From positions 1-56,319 of the IMG/VR virus record IMGVR_UViG_3300032290_000174: a DNA stretch of 56,319 nt; one strand, written 5' to 3'. The translations under genes and the position numbers were made by a program. Below, piece by piece: positions 36,997 to 45,362 of the stretch (position 1 is its first letter; every line of letters begins with the position of its first letter). The stretch is from a virus. Taxonomy: Duplodnaviria; Caudoviricetes. Below the pieces are notes generated by a model. It ran no database searches and was not told where the DNA came from. It worked only from the letters and a program-made list of their open reading frames with translations.

Positions 36997-37656
36997 ATGA
37001 AACTTAGTAAAAGCACTGTAGAAATTCTTAAGAATTATGCAAATATCAACGGAAATCTTTTGTTGAAATCTGGCACAAAACTTGGGACAATTTCTGAACA
37101 GAAAAATATCATGGCATCAACATCAGTGGCGGAAACATTCCCATCTGAATTTGGTATCTATGATTTAAACGAATTCCTTTCTGCGATGTCAATCTTTGAA
37201 GATCCAGAGTTGGAGTTTTCGGAAAAGTTTGTTACCATTAAACAAGGTGCGAACCAGATTAAATATTATGCAGCTGAAGCAACAAATCTTACTGTTCCAC
37301 AGAAAGAGATTGTATTCCCAGAAGCTGAGATTAATTTTAAAATGTCTGCTGGTCAGTTAGATCTTATTCGTAAAACTTCTGGTGTTCTTTCTGCCCCAGA
37401 CCTTTCTATCGTTGGTGATGGTAGTAAAATTACAGCACAAGTTGGTCAGAAAAAGAATGCTACTGCCAACTCGTATGATGTAGACTTGGGTGCCACTGAC
37501 AAATCATTTAAGGTAAATCTTAAAGTTGAAAATTTGAAGATGCTTCCAGGAGAATATAATGTGTCAATCTCAAGCAAACGAATCTCAAGATTCCAAGGAA
37601 CAAACGACCTCGTCTACTATGTCGCAGTTGAAGCAGACTCAGCATTCGACTTCTAA
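36997..37656 (+). CDS. gp45: Sliding clamp gp45
   Basis: Start MKLSKST after a GGAG RBS; LKNYANIN, FGIYDLNEFL, LKMLPGEY, YYVAVE. Confidence 0.95.
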   Translation: MKLSKSTVEILKNYANINGNLLLKSGTKLGTISEQKNIMASTSVAETFPSEFGIYDLNEFLSAMSIFEDPELEFSEKFVTIKQGANQIKYYAAEATNLTVPQKEIVFPEAEINFKMSAGQLDLIRKTSGVLSAPDLSIVGDGSKITAQVGQKKNATANSYDVDLGATDKSFKVNLKVENLKMLPGEYNVSISSKRISRFQGTNDLVYYVAVEADSAFDF

Positions 37657-37678
37657 TTACACAGTTACACCTGAACAA

Positions 37679-37702
37679 GAGAGGGAAATTGATCGCCCTC
37701 TC
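37679..37702 (+). promoter_or_regulatory. Hairpin between gp45 and gp44
   Basis: GAGAGGG/CCCTCTC 7-bp stem followed by a T-rich stretch. Confidence 0.45.
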
Positions 37703-37738
37703 AATCCTTTTTCGCAACATTGACGGAGTTTATATATT

Positions 37739-38677
37739 ATGAATAACCAATTTCTTTGGGTTGAGAAGTATCGTCCGCAAACTATTGACGAGTGTATTCT
37801 TCCAGATAATCTGAAGACTACATTCAAAGAGTTTATTTCCAGTGGTCAACTACCAAACTTTTTGTTCTGCGGAACAGCTGGTGTTGGTAAGACCACGATT
37901 GCTAAGGCACTATGTAATGAGATTGGTGCTGAGTATTTGTTAATTAATGGATCCGAAGAATCTGGTATTGATGTTCTAAGAACAAAGATTAAGTCTTTCG
38001 CTTCAACAGTATCTTTGACAGATGCCAAGAAAGTAGTTATCCTTGACGAAGCAGACTATCTTAACGCAAATTCTACACAGCCAGCATTGCGTGGATTCAT
38101 TGAGGAGTTCTCTGCTAACTGCCGATTTATCTTTACATGTAACTTCAAAAACCGAATTATTGAGCCTCTACATTCTAGATGCGCAGTGGTAGAGTTTAAG
38201 ATTGATGGTAAAGATAAACAATCTATTGCTGCATCTTTTTTCAAACGAGCAGCAAATATTCTTAAAGAAGAACAGATTGAGTTTGATCCTAAGGTAGTTG
38301 CCGAAGTAGTAACTAAACATTTCCCTGACTATCGTAGAATCTTAAATGAATTGCAGCGATACTCAGTTACTGGTAAAATCGACAGTGGAATTTTAGTTAA
38401 TCTTTCGCAAGAATCATTTCGAGAACTTGTTGGTTTTCTTAAGGAAAAGAAATTTCCTGAAGTGCGTAAGTGGGTGGCTAAGAATTCTGATATTGAAACC
38501 ACACAATTGTTCAAAGAACTTTATGACAATGCAGTTGACTTTCTAGATCCATCTACAATCCATCATCTCGTTTTAATTTTGGCAGACTATCAATACAAAG
38601 CAGCATTCGTAGCTGACCATGAATTAAACACAGTCGCAGCAATGACAGAGATTATGATTCAATGTAAGTTCAAGTGA
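37739..38677 (+). CDS. gp44: Clamp loader ATPase gp44
   Basis: LWVEKYRP, GTAGVGKTT, ILDEADYL, PLHSRC. Confidence 0.96.
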   Translation: MNNQFLWVEKYRPQTIDECILPDNLKTTFKEFISSGQLPNFLFCGTAGVGKTTIAKALCNEIGAEYLLINGSEESGIDVLRTKIKSFASTVSLTDAKKVVILDEADYLNANSTQPALRGFIEEFSANCRFIFTCNFKNRIIEPLHSRCAVVEFKIDGKDKQSIAASFFKRAANILKEEQIEFDPKVVAEVVTKHFPDYRRILNELQRYSVTGKIDSGILVNLSQESFRELVGFLKEKKFPEVRKWVAKNSDIETTQLFKELYDNAVDFLDPSTIHHLVLILADYQYKAAFVADHELNTVAAMTEIMIQCKFK

Positions 38678-38683
38678 GTTACT

Positions 38684-39010
38684 ATGGACATTATAATATT
38701 AGTAATCATGCTGGCATTTGTGTGGATTCTGGGAATCATTGCTGGTTGGAATGCGCATGACAGATTCGTTCAAAAGGTAGTTCGTGGAGCCATTCATGAA
38801 TTGCAAGAACATGAAGAAACTTCTAGAGTTCGTATTACAATTGAAGAACATAATGGTATGTTATTCGCTTATGAATATGGCACAAATCAATTTATGGCAC
38901 AGGGTAAAACTAAACATGAACTTGAAGAGCAACTCCGTGAGAAGTTTCCTGACAAAATGTTTGCAGCATTACCAAATGAAGTAGATCTTCTTAGAAAGAT
39001 GGGATTATGA
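38684..39010 (+). CDS. Hypothetical protein with N-terminal transmembrane helix
   Basis: Hydrophobic stretch MDIIILVIMLAFVWILGIIAGW; inserted between gp44 and gp62. Confidence 0.7.
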   Translation: MDIIILVIMLAFVWILGIIAGWNAHDRFVQKVVRGAIHELQEHEETSRVRITIEEHNGMLFAYEYGTNQFMAQGKTKHELEEQLREKFPDKMFAALPNEVDLLRKMGL

Positions 39011-39387
39011 GCCCATTCGATTATCTAAATGCTATAAATTTAACCAAAAAAGATCTTATTCGTGAAGATCCACTAAACGAAAAGGACTATGTTCCCTTCA
39101 TGGTTAATCGTGGTTTGTCTTATTTTGCCGACACAGTTATGATGGCAAATGAAATGAACCAACATTCTGGAATCCCAAAGGTATGGCAAAACGACTTTTT
39201 CCTAAATACAATCTCGAAGAAGAAGCGTTTTTCCAAGTGGCATAAGAAAGAAGCAGACAGTCAAACACTTCTTCTAATCATGGAATATTATAAATATTCT
39301 AGTAAAAGGGCGAGAGAGATCGTTGACATTCTCACCCCAGAACAGATTAAGATGATAGAAGAAAAATTATACAAAGGTGGAAAATAA
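39007..39387 (+). CDS. gp62: Clamp loader subunit gp62
   Basis: PFDYLNAIN..K, YVPFMVNRGLSYF.DT, KKKRFSKW, C-terminal KGG. Confidence 0.93.
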   Translation: MSPFDYLNAINLTKKDLIREDPLNEKDYVPFMVNRGLSYFADTVMMANEMNQHSGIPKVWQNDFFLNTISKKKRFSKWHKKEADSQTLLLIMEYYKYSSKRAREIVDILTPEQIKMIEEKLYKGGK

Positions 39388-39812
39388 TGACTGTCGAGAT
39401 GATATATTATGACTGGACTCCAGATTCTATGCTGGAAGTTCTGTTACCAGAACCAGATAACTTTTTGAAAATTCGTGAAACCCTAACCCGAATCGGGATT
39501 GCTTCCAGGAAAGAACAAAAGTTGTATCAATCATGCCATATCCTACACAAACAGGGTAGGTATTTTATCGTTCACTTCAAGGAACTGTTTGCGTTGGATG
39601 GCAAAGAATCCAATATAACTTCTAATGATGTCGAGCGTAGGAATACAGTTGCAGGTTTGTTAGCAGATTGGGGATTACTTGACATAGTTAATCCATCCAA
39701 GGCAGAACCAAAAGTTTCTCTGTCGCAAATTAAAGTTGTGGCATACAAAGAGAAAAATGAGTGGGATTTAGTCCCTAAATATAATATCGGTAAGAAAGTT
39801 ACCACTAAATAA
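39387..39812 (+). CDS. regA: Translational repressor RegA
   Basis: PDNFLKIRETLTRIGIAS, LYQSCHILHKQGRYFIVHFKELF.LDG. Confidence 0.97.
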   Translation: MTVEMIYYDWTPDSMLEVLLPEPDNFLKIRETLTRIGIASRKEQKLYQSCHILHKQGRYFIVHFKELFALDGKESNITSNDVERRNTVAGLLADWGLLDIVNPSKAEPKVSLSQIKVVAYKEKNEWDLVPKYNIGKKVTTK

Positions 39813-39830
39813 TTCTACAGGAGTTTAAAA

Positions 39831-39998
39831 ATGATCAAACTTGAATTGAGTATTGAAGAGTGCAATATGATTCTTCGTGTTTTGGGTAAGCACCCATTCG
39901 AAGAAGTCGTTTCTGTTATAAATAAAATTAAGCAACAGGGCGAGCCACAAGTGGTCGCTATGGAAGCTGAAAAGACTGCAGAAACTCCAGCAGCATAG
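39831..39998 (+). CDS. Small hypothetical protein (55 aa, MIKLELSIEECNMIL...)
   Basis: Read manually. AGGAG RBS and an ACTAAATA late box at 39804. Confidence 0.75.
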   Translation: MIKLELSIEECNMILRVLGKHPFEEVVSVINKIKQQGEPQVVAMEAEKTAETPAA

Positions 39999-40003
39999 AT
40001 TTG

Positions 40004-40130
40004 ACTTCACCTTAGGACCGCTAAGTACGAAGTGTTTTAAAGCGGATGTGACATTACGACATCGCTGGATACCGTAACCAGTAGATATGCCTTCGGGATA
40101 TCATTTTAATTTAACTCGCTTAATAGGAGA
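40004..40130 (+). ncRNA. Putative structured leader RNA upstream of the hsp20 operon
   Basis: Four to five hairpins including a UUCG loop, a possible pseudoknot, and a stem over the SD sequence. Confidence 0.5.
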
Positions 40131-40135
40131 ACTAT

Positions 40136-40321
40136 ATGTTACAAGCATTAAACACATCTATCGACACCATCTCTGGTGCAAAAACTCAATTCGTTAAGAC
40201 ATTTGTCACAGACGAAAAGATCGCAAAACAACTCCAAACTTATATTGATGCACAAGCATCTTTCGCAAAAACTGTAGCGAAGTCGACTAACGATTTCTTT
40301 GCAGCTGTTGGCGTTAAGTAA
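40136..40321 (+). CDS. Small amphipathic helical protein (phasin-like composition)
   Basis: AGGAG RBS; A/T/K/Q-rich amphipathic helix. Confidence 0.6.
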   Translation: MLQALNTSIDTISGAKTQFVKTFVTDEKIAKQLQTYIDAQASFAKTVAKSTNDFFAAVGVK

Positions 40322-40331
40322 GGAGGAAACC

Positions 40332-40874
40332 ATGGGAAACAATTCAAATATTTTAGGACTCGCACCACTATTTGGTCCAGGATTCAAAGATTTTGATAAA
40401 TTCTTTGTTGGTTTCGACAAGCAATTCGATCAACTTAATAAGTTGCATGAAGATTTAACTAAGAACATTCCTAACTACCCACCATACAATATCAAGAAGC
40501 ATGACGATAACAACTACACCATTGAGTTGGCTGTTGCTGGTTTCGGTCAATCTGACATTGATATTGAACTTGCTGATGGTAAATTAGTTGTTCGTGGTCA
40601 GATTGCAGCTGAAGATCAAGAAGATAATTTCTTGTTCCGTGGCATCGCTAATCGTGCTTTCACAAGATCGTTCGTTTTGAATGACGAAGTAGAAGTTAAG
40701 ACTGCAGAAATGTTCAATGGTATGTTGAAGATTTTCTTGGAAAGATTAATTCCAGAGCACAAACAACCAAAGAAGATTGCTGTTCGTTCTAAATCTGAAA
40801 AGCAGTTACTCAATGAGTCTGCCAATGAAGATAAGAAAGAAAAACTTCTTGCTGCTTCAAGGAAATCAAAATGA
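40332..40874 (+). CDS. hsp20: Small heat-shock protein Hsp20 (IbpA-like)
   Basis: NYPPYNI, IELAVAGF, RGIANRAFTRSF, NGMLKI.L...IPE; start after AGGAGG. Confidence 0.95.
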   Translation: MGNNSNILGLAPLFGPGFKDFDKFFVGFDKQFDQLNKLHEDLTKNIPNYPPYNIKKHDDNNYTIELAVAGFGQSDIDIELADGKLVVRGQIAAEDQEDNFLFRGIANRAFTRSFVLNDEVEVKTAEMFNGMLKIFLERLIPEHKQPKKIAVRSKSEKQLLNESANEDKKEKLLAASRKSK

Positions 40875-41005
40875 AAACCTTTTTCCGTCAATGTTACATT
40901 GTTTTAAAAGGACTCGGTTACGCAAAAGCTGCAGCAGACCTTGCCAGAAATGGTAAACATAAAGAAGCCCAGAAGTTAATGGCTGCTTATGGGGAATGCA
41001 AATGA
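40871..41005 (+). CDS. Small hypothetical protein (44 aa)
   Basis: Read manually; ATGA overlap with the hsp20 stop. Confidence 0.55.
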   Translation: MKTFFRQCYIVLKGLGYAKAAADLARNGKHKEAQKLMAAYGECK

Positions 41006-41088
41006 CAAACTGGATCCCAATGACTGATGATGATTGGGATTGGGTGAATGGTAAATTACCACCAAACCCAAATGATAAAACTAACTAA
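41002..41088 (+). CDS. Tiny Trp/Asp-rich peptide (28 aa, MTNWIPMTDDDWDWVNGKLPPNPNDKTN)
   Basis: ATGA overlap with the previous stop; GGGGA RBS; followed by a hairpin. Confidence 0.5.
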   Translation: MTNWIPMTDDDWDWVNGKLPPNPNDKTN

Positions 41089-41093
41089 AAAAT

Positions 41094-41117
41094 AGTGGGG
41101 ACTTGTTCCCCACTTTC
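41094..41117 (+). terminator. Probable terminator hairpin
   Basis: AGTGGGGA-cttgt-TCCCCACT followed by TT. Confidence 0.65.
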
Positions 41118-41137
41118 TCATCAGACTAAATAGTTTG

Positions 41138-41350
41138 ATGAACAAAAAAGCAAGTATATTTCCAAACATGGTAACATATGTCCCGATCCGAAGAAAGGAT
41201 TGGGTGATTAAGATTTCAATTTGGAAAGATAAATCAATTTTAGCAGTATGTTACAATGTGTATACATTTGCTACAGTAGTTAGGAACTTTGATAATGCAG
41301 ATTTAGCTGCATCTTTTTTAGATTTTTTAATTGAACAGGAAGAATTATAA
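41138..41350 (+). CDS. Hypothetical protein
   Basis: ORF after the ACTAAATA box at 41125; stop overlaps the next start. Confidence 0.55.
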   Translation: MNKKASIFPNMVTYVPIRRKDWVIKISIWKDKSILAVCYNVYTFATVVRNFDNADLAASFLDFLIEQEEL

Positions 41351-41649
41351 TGAATGATGTAAAAGTATTTAAAATGATTAATGGTGAAGAAATTATTGGT
41401 GAAGTTTTTAATTGGAAAGATGGATTATATGAACTTAAAAATCCTGCTCAAATAGTTCTACAAAGAACCGAAAAGGGAATGGGTGTTGCAATCGCTCCAT
41501 ATATGCCTTATGCTGATGGTAATGTAACCCTATACAGCAATGCTATTGCAGCCGACTGTAAGCCCGATGTAAACCTCGTAAACGAATACAATAAGATATT
41601 CGGTTCAGGAATCCAAATCGCTTCTGCAAGCGTCCTTGCAACCCTCTAA
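41350..41649 (+). CDS. Conserved T4-like Sm-fold hypothetical protein
   Basis: KMINGEEIIG, LKNPA, PYMPYA, YNKIFGSGI. Confidence 0.75.
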   Translation: MNDVKVFKMINGEEIIGEVFNWKDGLYELKNPAQIVLQRTEKGMGVAIAPYMPYADGNVTLYSNAIAADCKPDVNLVNEYNKIFGSGIQIASASVLATL

Positions 41650-41656
41650 AAAGTCC

Positions 41657-41685
41657 TTGACTTTTATTATGAAATAGGGTATAAT
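41657..41685 (+). promoter_or_regulatory. Sigma70-type promoter for exonuclease-gp43
   Basis: TTGACT-17 bp-TATAAT. Confidence 0.8.
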
Positions 41686-41710
41686 ATATGTATATCCTAG
41701 GAGTTTTATT

Positions 41711-42277
41711 ATGTTTATGTTTGATATCGAGACTCTTGATGCCGAGTCGACAGCAGTAATTCTATCAGCATCCATAATCCATTTTGAAATAGGTGAGCAA
41801 TACACCTATGAAGACCTGCTCGCTCGAGCATTATTTGTTAAGTTCGACGCAAGAGAACAAATGGAAAAATTCAAAAGAACAACAGACAAAGGAACACTTG
41901 ATTGGTGGGCAGGAATGCATGACTATGTTAAGAAGACAAGTCTTGCTGTTTATGACACAGATCTACCAGCAGTTCAAGGTATTAATGCTATCAAAACATA
42001 CATGGCAAAATATCCTGAGAAAGAACAAACAATGTGGTCGCGAGGTTCGTTAGACCAAATGGCAATTGATAGTTTATGTAAAGCAACTAAACAAGAACTG
42101 ATTGCTCCATATTATGTTTGGCGTGATGTTAGAACTGCAGTTGACTTACTTACTGACACAGGTAAGGGTGGCTATTGCGATATTGTTCATCCAACATTTC
42201 AAAGACACAATGTAATCAAACACCATCCGACACATGATTGTGCCTTGGATATTATGATGCTAATTTATGGGAAATAA
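41711..42277 (+). CDS. DEDDh 3'-5' exonuclease (DexA/Rv2179c-like)
   Basis: FDIETL, TLDWW, WSRGSLD, RDVRT, HHPTHDCALD. Confidence 0.85.
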   Translation: MFMFDIETLDAESTAVILSASIIHFEIGEQYTYEDLLARALFVKFDAREQMEKFKRTTDKGTLDWWAGMHDYVKKTSLAVYDTDLPAVQGINAIKTYMAKYPEKEQTMWSRGSLDQMAIDSLCKATKQELIAPYYVWRDVRTAVDLLTDTGKGGYCDIVHPTFQRHNVIKHHPTHDCALDIMMLIYGK

Positions 42278-44770
42278 ATGGAATTCTATACAAGCGTAGT
42301 TCAATATGGTAGTAAAATGCTTGTTCGGGGTTATGATAGTAATGGTAACTCTTTCAAGCATAGAGTTGATTATCAACCAACAATCTTTGTCCCATCTAAG
42401 ACACCAACTGAATTTAAAACTCTTGATGGTAAATTTGTAGCACCACTACAAGCTGGAACCATCAGGGATACCAAAGATTACATTGAACGATATAAAGAAG
42501 TTCAAGGATTTGAAATCTATGGTAACAACAATTTCGTTGCCCAATTTATCAGTGACAACTATCGTGGTGAAATTATCCCAGACACTGACAAGATTAAAGT
42601 CTTTACTATCGATATCGAAACTGCCACAGAAAATGGATTCCCTGACATTCCAACTGCGAATGAAGAGATCCTTCTAATCACACTTCAAGATAATAAAACA
42701 AAAGACATTATTACCTTTGGTAGAAAACCAATCGGCAATTCTGGTGATGTTGACTATCGTTGTTATGAAGACGAAGCAACTTTACTTCGTGAGTTTATTT
42801 ACTATTGGTCTGCTAACTGTCCCGATGTTGTGACAGGTTGGAATATAAACTTCTTCGACATTCCATATCTAATTCGCAGAATCTATAATGTTCTTGGTGA
42901 ATCGTATGCTAAAAAGATTTCTCCTTGGGAATTGATTAGTGAACGCAAGGTTACTATGAAAGGTAGCGAAGAACTAACATACGACATTCAAGGTGTTGCT
43001 ATGCTAGACTATCTAGATCTCTACAAAAAATACACCTATCAGGCTCAAGAGTCATATCGACTTGACCACATTGCCTTTGTTGAACTTGGTGATACTAAAC
43101 TCGACCACAGCGAGTATGCTTCCTTCAAAGATTTCTATGAGAAAAACTGGAAGAAGTTCGTTGCCTATAACATTCACGATGTGAGACTTGTTGACAAACT
43201 TGAAGACAAGATGAAACTCATTGAACTTCAGTTGGTCATGGCTTATAATGCTAAGATTAATTATGAGGATGTGTTCAGTCAGGTTCGTATGTGGGATGCT
43301 ATTATCTACAATCATTTGCGCGATAGTGGTGTAGTAATTCCTCAGAACACTGGCAACAAGAAGTGGGATAAGTTTGAAGGTGCTTATGTTAAAGATCCAT
43401 TAATTGGTTTACATAAGTGGGTAGCTTCTTTTGACTTAAACAGTCTATATCCGCACTTGATTATGCAGTATAACATCTCTCCTGAAACTATGTTAGAAGG
43501 TAGAGAAACTGTAACAGTTGATTATCTTCTTGAGCAGAAATATGACACAAGTCATATTAAACAACGAGATGTTGCTATGACTGCTAATGGTGTTTGCTAT
43601 CGTAAAGATAAGCAAGGGTTCATGCCTGAACTTATGGGAAAGATGTATGCTGACCGAAGCAAGTATAAAAAGCAGATGTTGAAGATTGAACAAGAATATC
43701 AAAATGACAAATCGAAGAAACATCTTCTAAAAGAAATCTCCCGACTCAATAACATGCAGATGGCAATGAAGATTGCCTTGAACTCAGCTTATGGTGCTAT
43801 GGGTAATCAGTATTTCCGTTACTTTGACTTGCGCATGGCTGAAGGTATTACGACTTCTGGTCAGTTGTCTATTCGTTGGATGGCAAATAAACTAAATGCC
43901 TTTATGAATAAAACACTGAAGACAACAAAGAAAGATTATGTTATTGCGATTGACACTGACTCAATCTATCTAACGCTGGAAACTTTGGTCGAGAAAACTT
44001 GCGAAGGTAAAACAACCGAGCAAAAGATTAAGTATATGGATAAAATCTGTGAAGAAGTTTTTCAGCCATTTATTGATTCAGGATACCAAGAGTTGGCTGA
44101 TTATATGAATGCATATTCTCAAAAGATGCAGATGAAACGAGAAGTTCTTGCTGACAAGGCAATCTGGACTGCTAAGAAACGCTACATTATGAATGTTCAT
44201 AATTCTGAGGGTGTTCAGTTTGCTGAGCCAAAGATTAAAGTTATGGGTCTAGAGATGGTTAAGTCTTCTACTCCACAAGTAATTCGAAACAAACTTAAAG
44301 ATTCTATCAAAGTTATTCTTGATGGCGATCAAAGTAAACTACATAGATATATTAACGAGTTCCGTGATGAGTTTAATAAGTTGTCTGTTGAAGAGATTTC
44401 TTTCCCAAGAACTGTAAATGGAACAAGGGAATATAAAGCGAGTTCTACAATCTATCGTAAATCAACACCAATCCATGTTCGTGGTGCTTTGTTGTTCAAT
44501 CACTATATTAAAGAGATGGGATTAGAAAAACAATATCAACCGATTCGAGATGGCGATAAGATTAAGTTTGTATATCTTAGAACACCCAATAGAATACAAG
44601 AGGATATTATTTCCTTCGCTCAAGAATTGCCCAAAGAATTAGACCTACATAGATTTATAGATTACGATAAACAATTTCAAAAGGTTTTCCTTGACGCACT
44701 TCAGATTGTCATTGAACCTTTGCGGTGGAATGTTGAAGAGCAATCAACCTTGGAGGATTTCTTTGGATAA
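42278..44770 (+). CDS. gp43: Family B DNA polymerase gp43
   Basis: Exonuclease motifs DIET and GWN..FFD; polymerase motifs SFDLNSLYP, KIALNSAYG, DTDS, KKRY; C-terminal STLEDFFG clamp-binding tail. Confidence 0.98.
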   Translation: MEFYTSVVQYGSKMLVRGYDSNGNSFKHRVDYQPTIFVPSKTPTEFKTLDGKFVAPLQAGTIRDTKDYIERYKEVQGFEIYGNNNFVAQFISDNYRGEIIPDTDKIKVFTIDIETATENGFPDIPTANEEILLITLQDNKTKDIITFGRKPIGNSGDVDYRCYEDEATLLREFIYYWSANCPDVVTGWNINFFDIPYLIRRIYNVLGESYAKKISPWELISERKVTMKGSEELTYDIQGVAMLDYLDLYKKYTYQAQESYRLDHIAFVELGDTKLDHSEYASFKDFYEKNWKKFVAYNIHDVRLVDKLEDKMKLIELQLVMAYNAKINYEDVFSQVRMWDAIIYNHLRDSGVVIPQNTGNKKWDKFEGAYVKDPLIGLHKWVASFDLNSLYPHLIMQYNISPETMLEGRETVTVDYLLEQKYDTSHIKQRDVAMTANGVCYRKDKQGFMPELMGKMYADRSKYKKQMLKIEQEYQNDKSKKHLLKEISRLNNMQMAMKIALNSAYGAMGNQYFRYFDLRMAEGITTSGQLSIRWMANKLNAFMNKTLKTTKKDYVIAIDTDSIYLTLETLVEKTCEGKTTEQKIKYMDKICEEVFQPFIDSGYQELADYMNAYSQKMQMKREVLADKAIWTAKKRYIMNVHNSEGVQFAEPKIKVMGLEMVKSSTPQVIRNKLKDSIKVILDGDQSKLHRYINEFRDEFNKLSVEEISFPRTVNGTREYKASSTIYRKSTPIHVRGALLFNHYIKEMGLEKQYQPIRDGDKIKFVYLRTPNRIQEDIISFAQELPKELDLHRFIDYDKQFQKVFLDALQIVIEPLRWNVEEQSTLEDFFG

Positions 44771-45314
44771 CATTAGGATTATAAAAACAGGTATTAATGT
44801 TGGTAAAATATTAACCCAACTAAAGAAGTATCCTGAAGATTGGGGTGCTGAGAAATCAATTGAAGGAACTAACACTGTTCAAAATGAATTTGGTTTTCCT
44901 GAGATTAAAGCAGGTGTTTTACAATTAGTTATGGGAGCAGTTGATACACCAGATCAATATGTTGGAGATACAGAATATTGTGTTAAAACTCCAGCATATG
45001 ATAGACACACAGAAATAGTTGCATTCCTTAAAAGAAACTTCAAAAGATTTTCTCGTTGCGGTTTCTTGTCATTGCCAATTGGTGGAAAAGTTGGAGAACA
45101 CATAGACATAGGTAGTTACTATCAGACAAAAGATAGATACCATTTATCTATACAAGGAAGATACAAATATACAGTCGGCAATGAATCTTTTGTAGTTAAT
45201 CCAGGGACATTGCTTTGGTTCAATAATAAGTTACCCCATGGATCTGAAAATGTTGGGGATGAGGTTAGAGTTACCTTTGTATTTGATGTACCACACAGCA
45301 AGAATAATCCTTGA
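44763..45314 (+). CDS. 2OG-Fe(II) oxygenase, aspartyl/asparaginyl beta-hydroxylase-like
   Basis: HID...RYHL...WFNNKLPHGSEN...RVTFVFD. Probable TTG start after the GGAGG RBS at 44752. Confidence 0.8.
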   Translation: MDNIRIIKTGINVGKILTQLKKYPEDWGAEKSIEGTNTVQNEFGFPEIKAGVLQLVMGAVDTPDQYVGDTEYCVKTPAYDRHTEIVAFLKRNFKRFSRCGFLSLPIGGKVGEHIDIGSYYQTKDRYHLSIQGRYKYTVGNESFVVNPGTLLWFNNKLPHGSENVGDEVRVTFVFDVPHSKNNP

Positions 45315-45339
45315 CTTGCAAACATATACATAGTATAAT
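45311..45339 (+). promoter_or_regulatory. Sigma70-type promoter for the uvsX-gp41-TET-GT operon
   Basis: TTGACT-17 bp-TATAAT. Confidence 0.8.
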
Positions 45340-45362
45340 AATAGTAGTTACTTGGAGAACAT

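Noticed and set aside
37619-37723. 34-aa ORF overlapping the end of gp45
   Set aside because: No RBS; the region is better explained by the intergenic hairpin.
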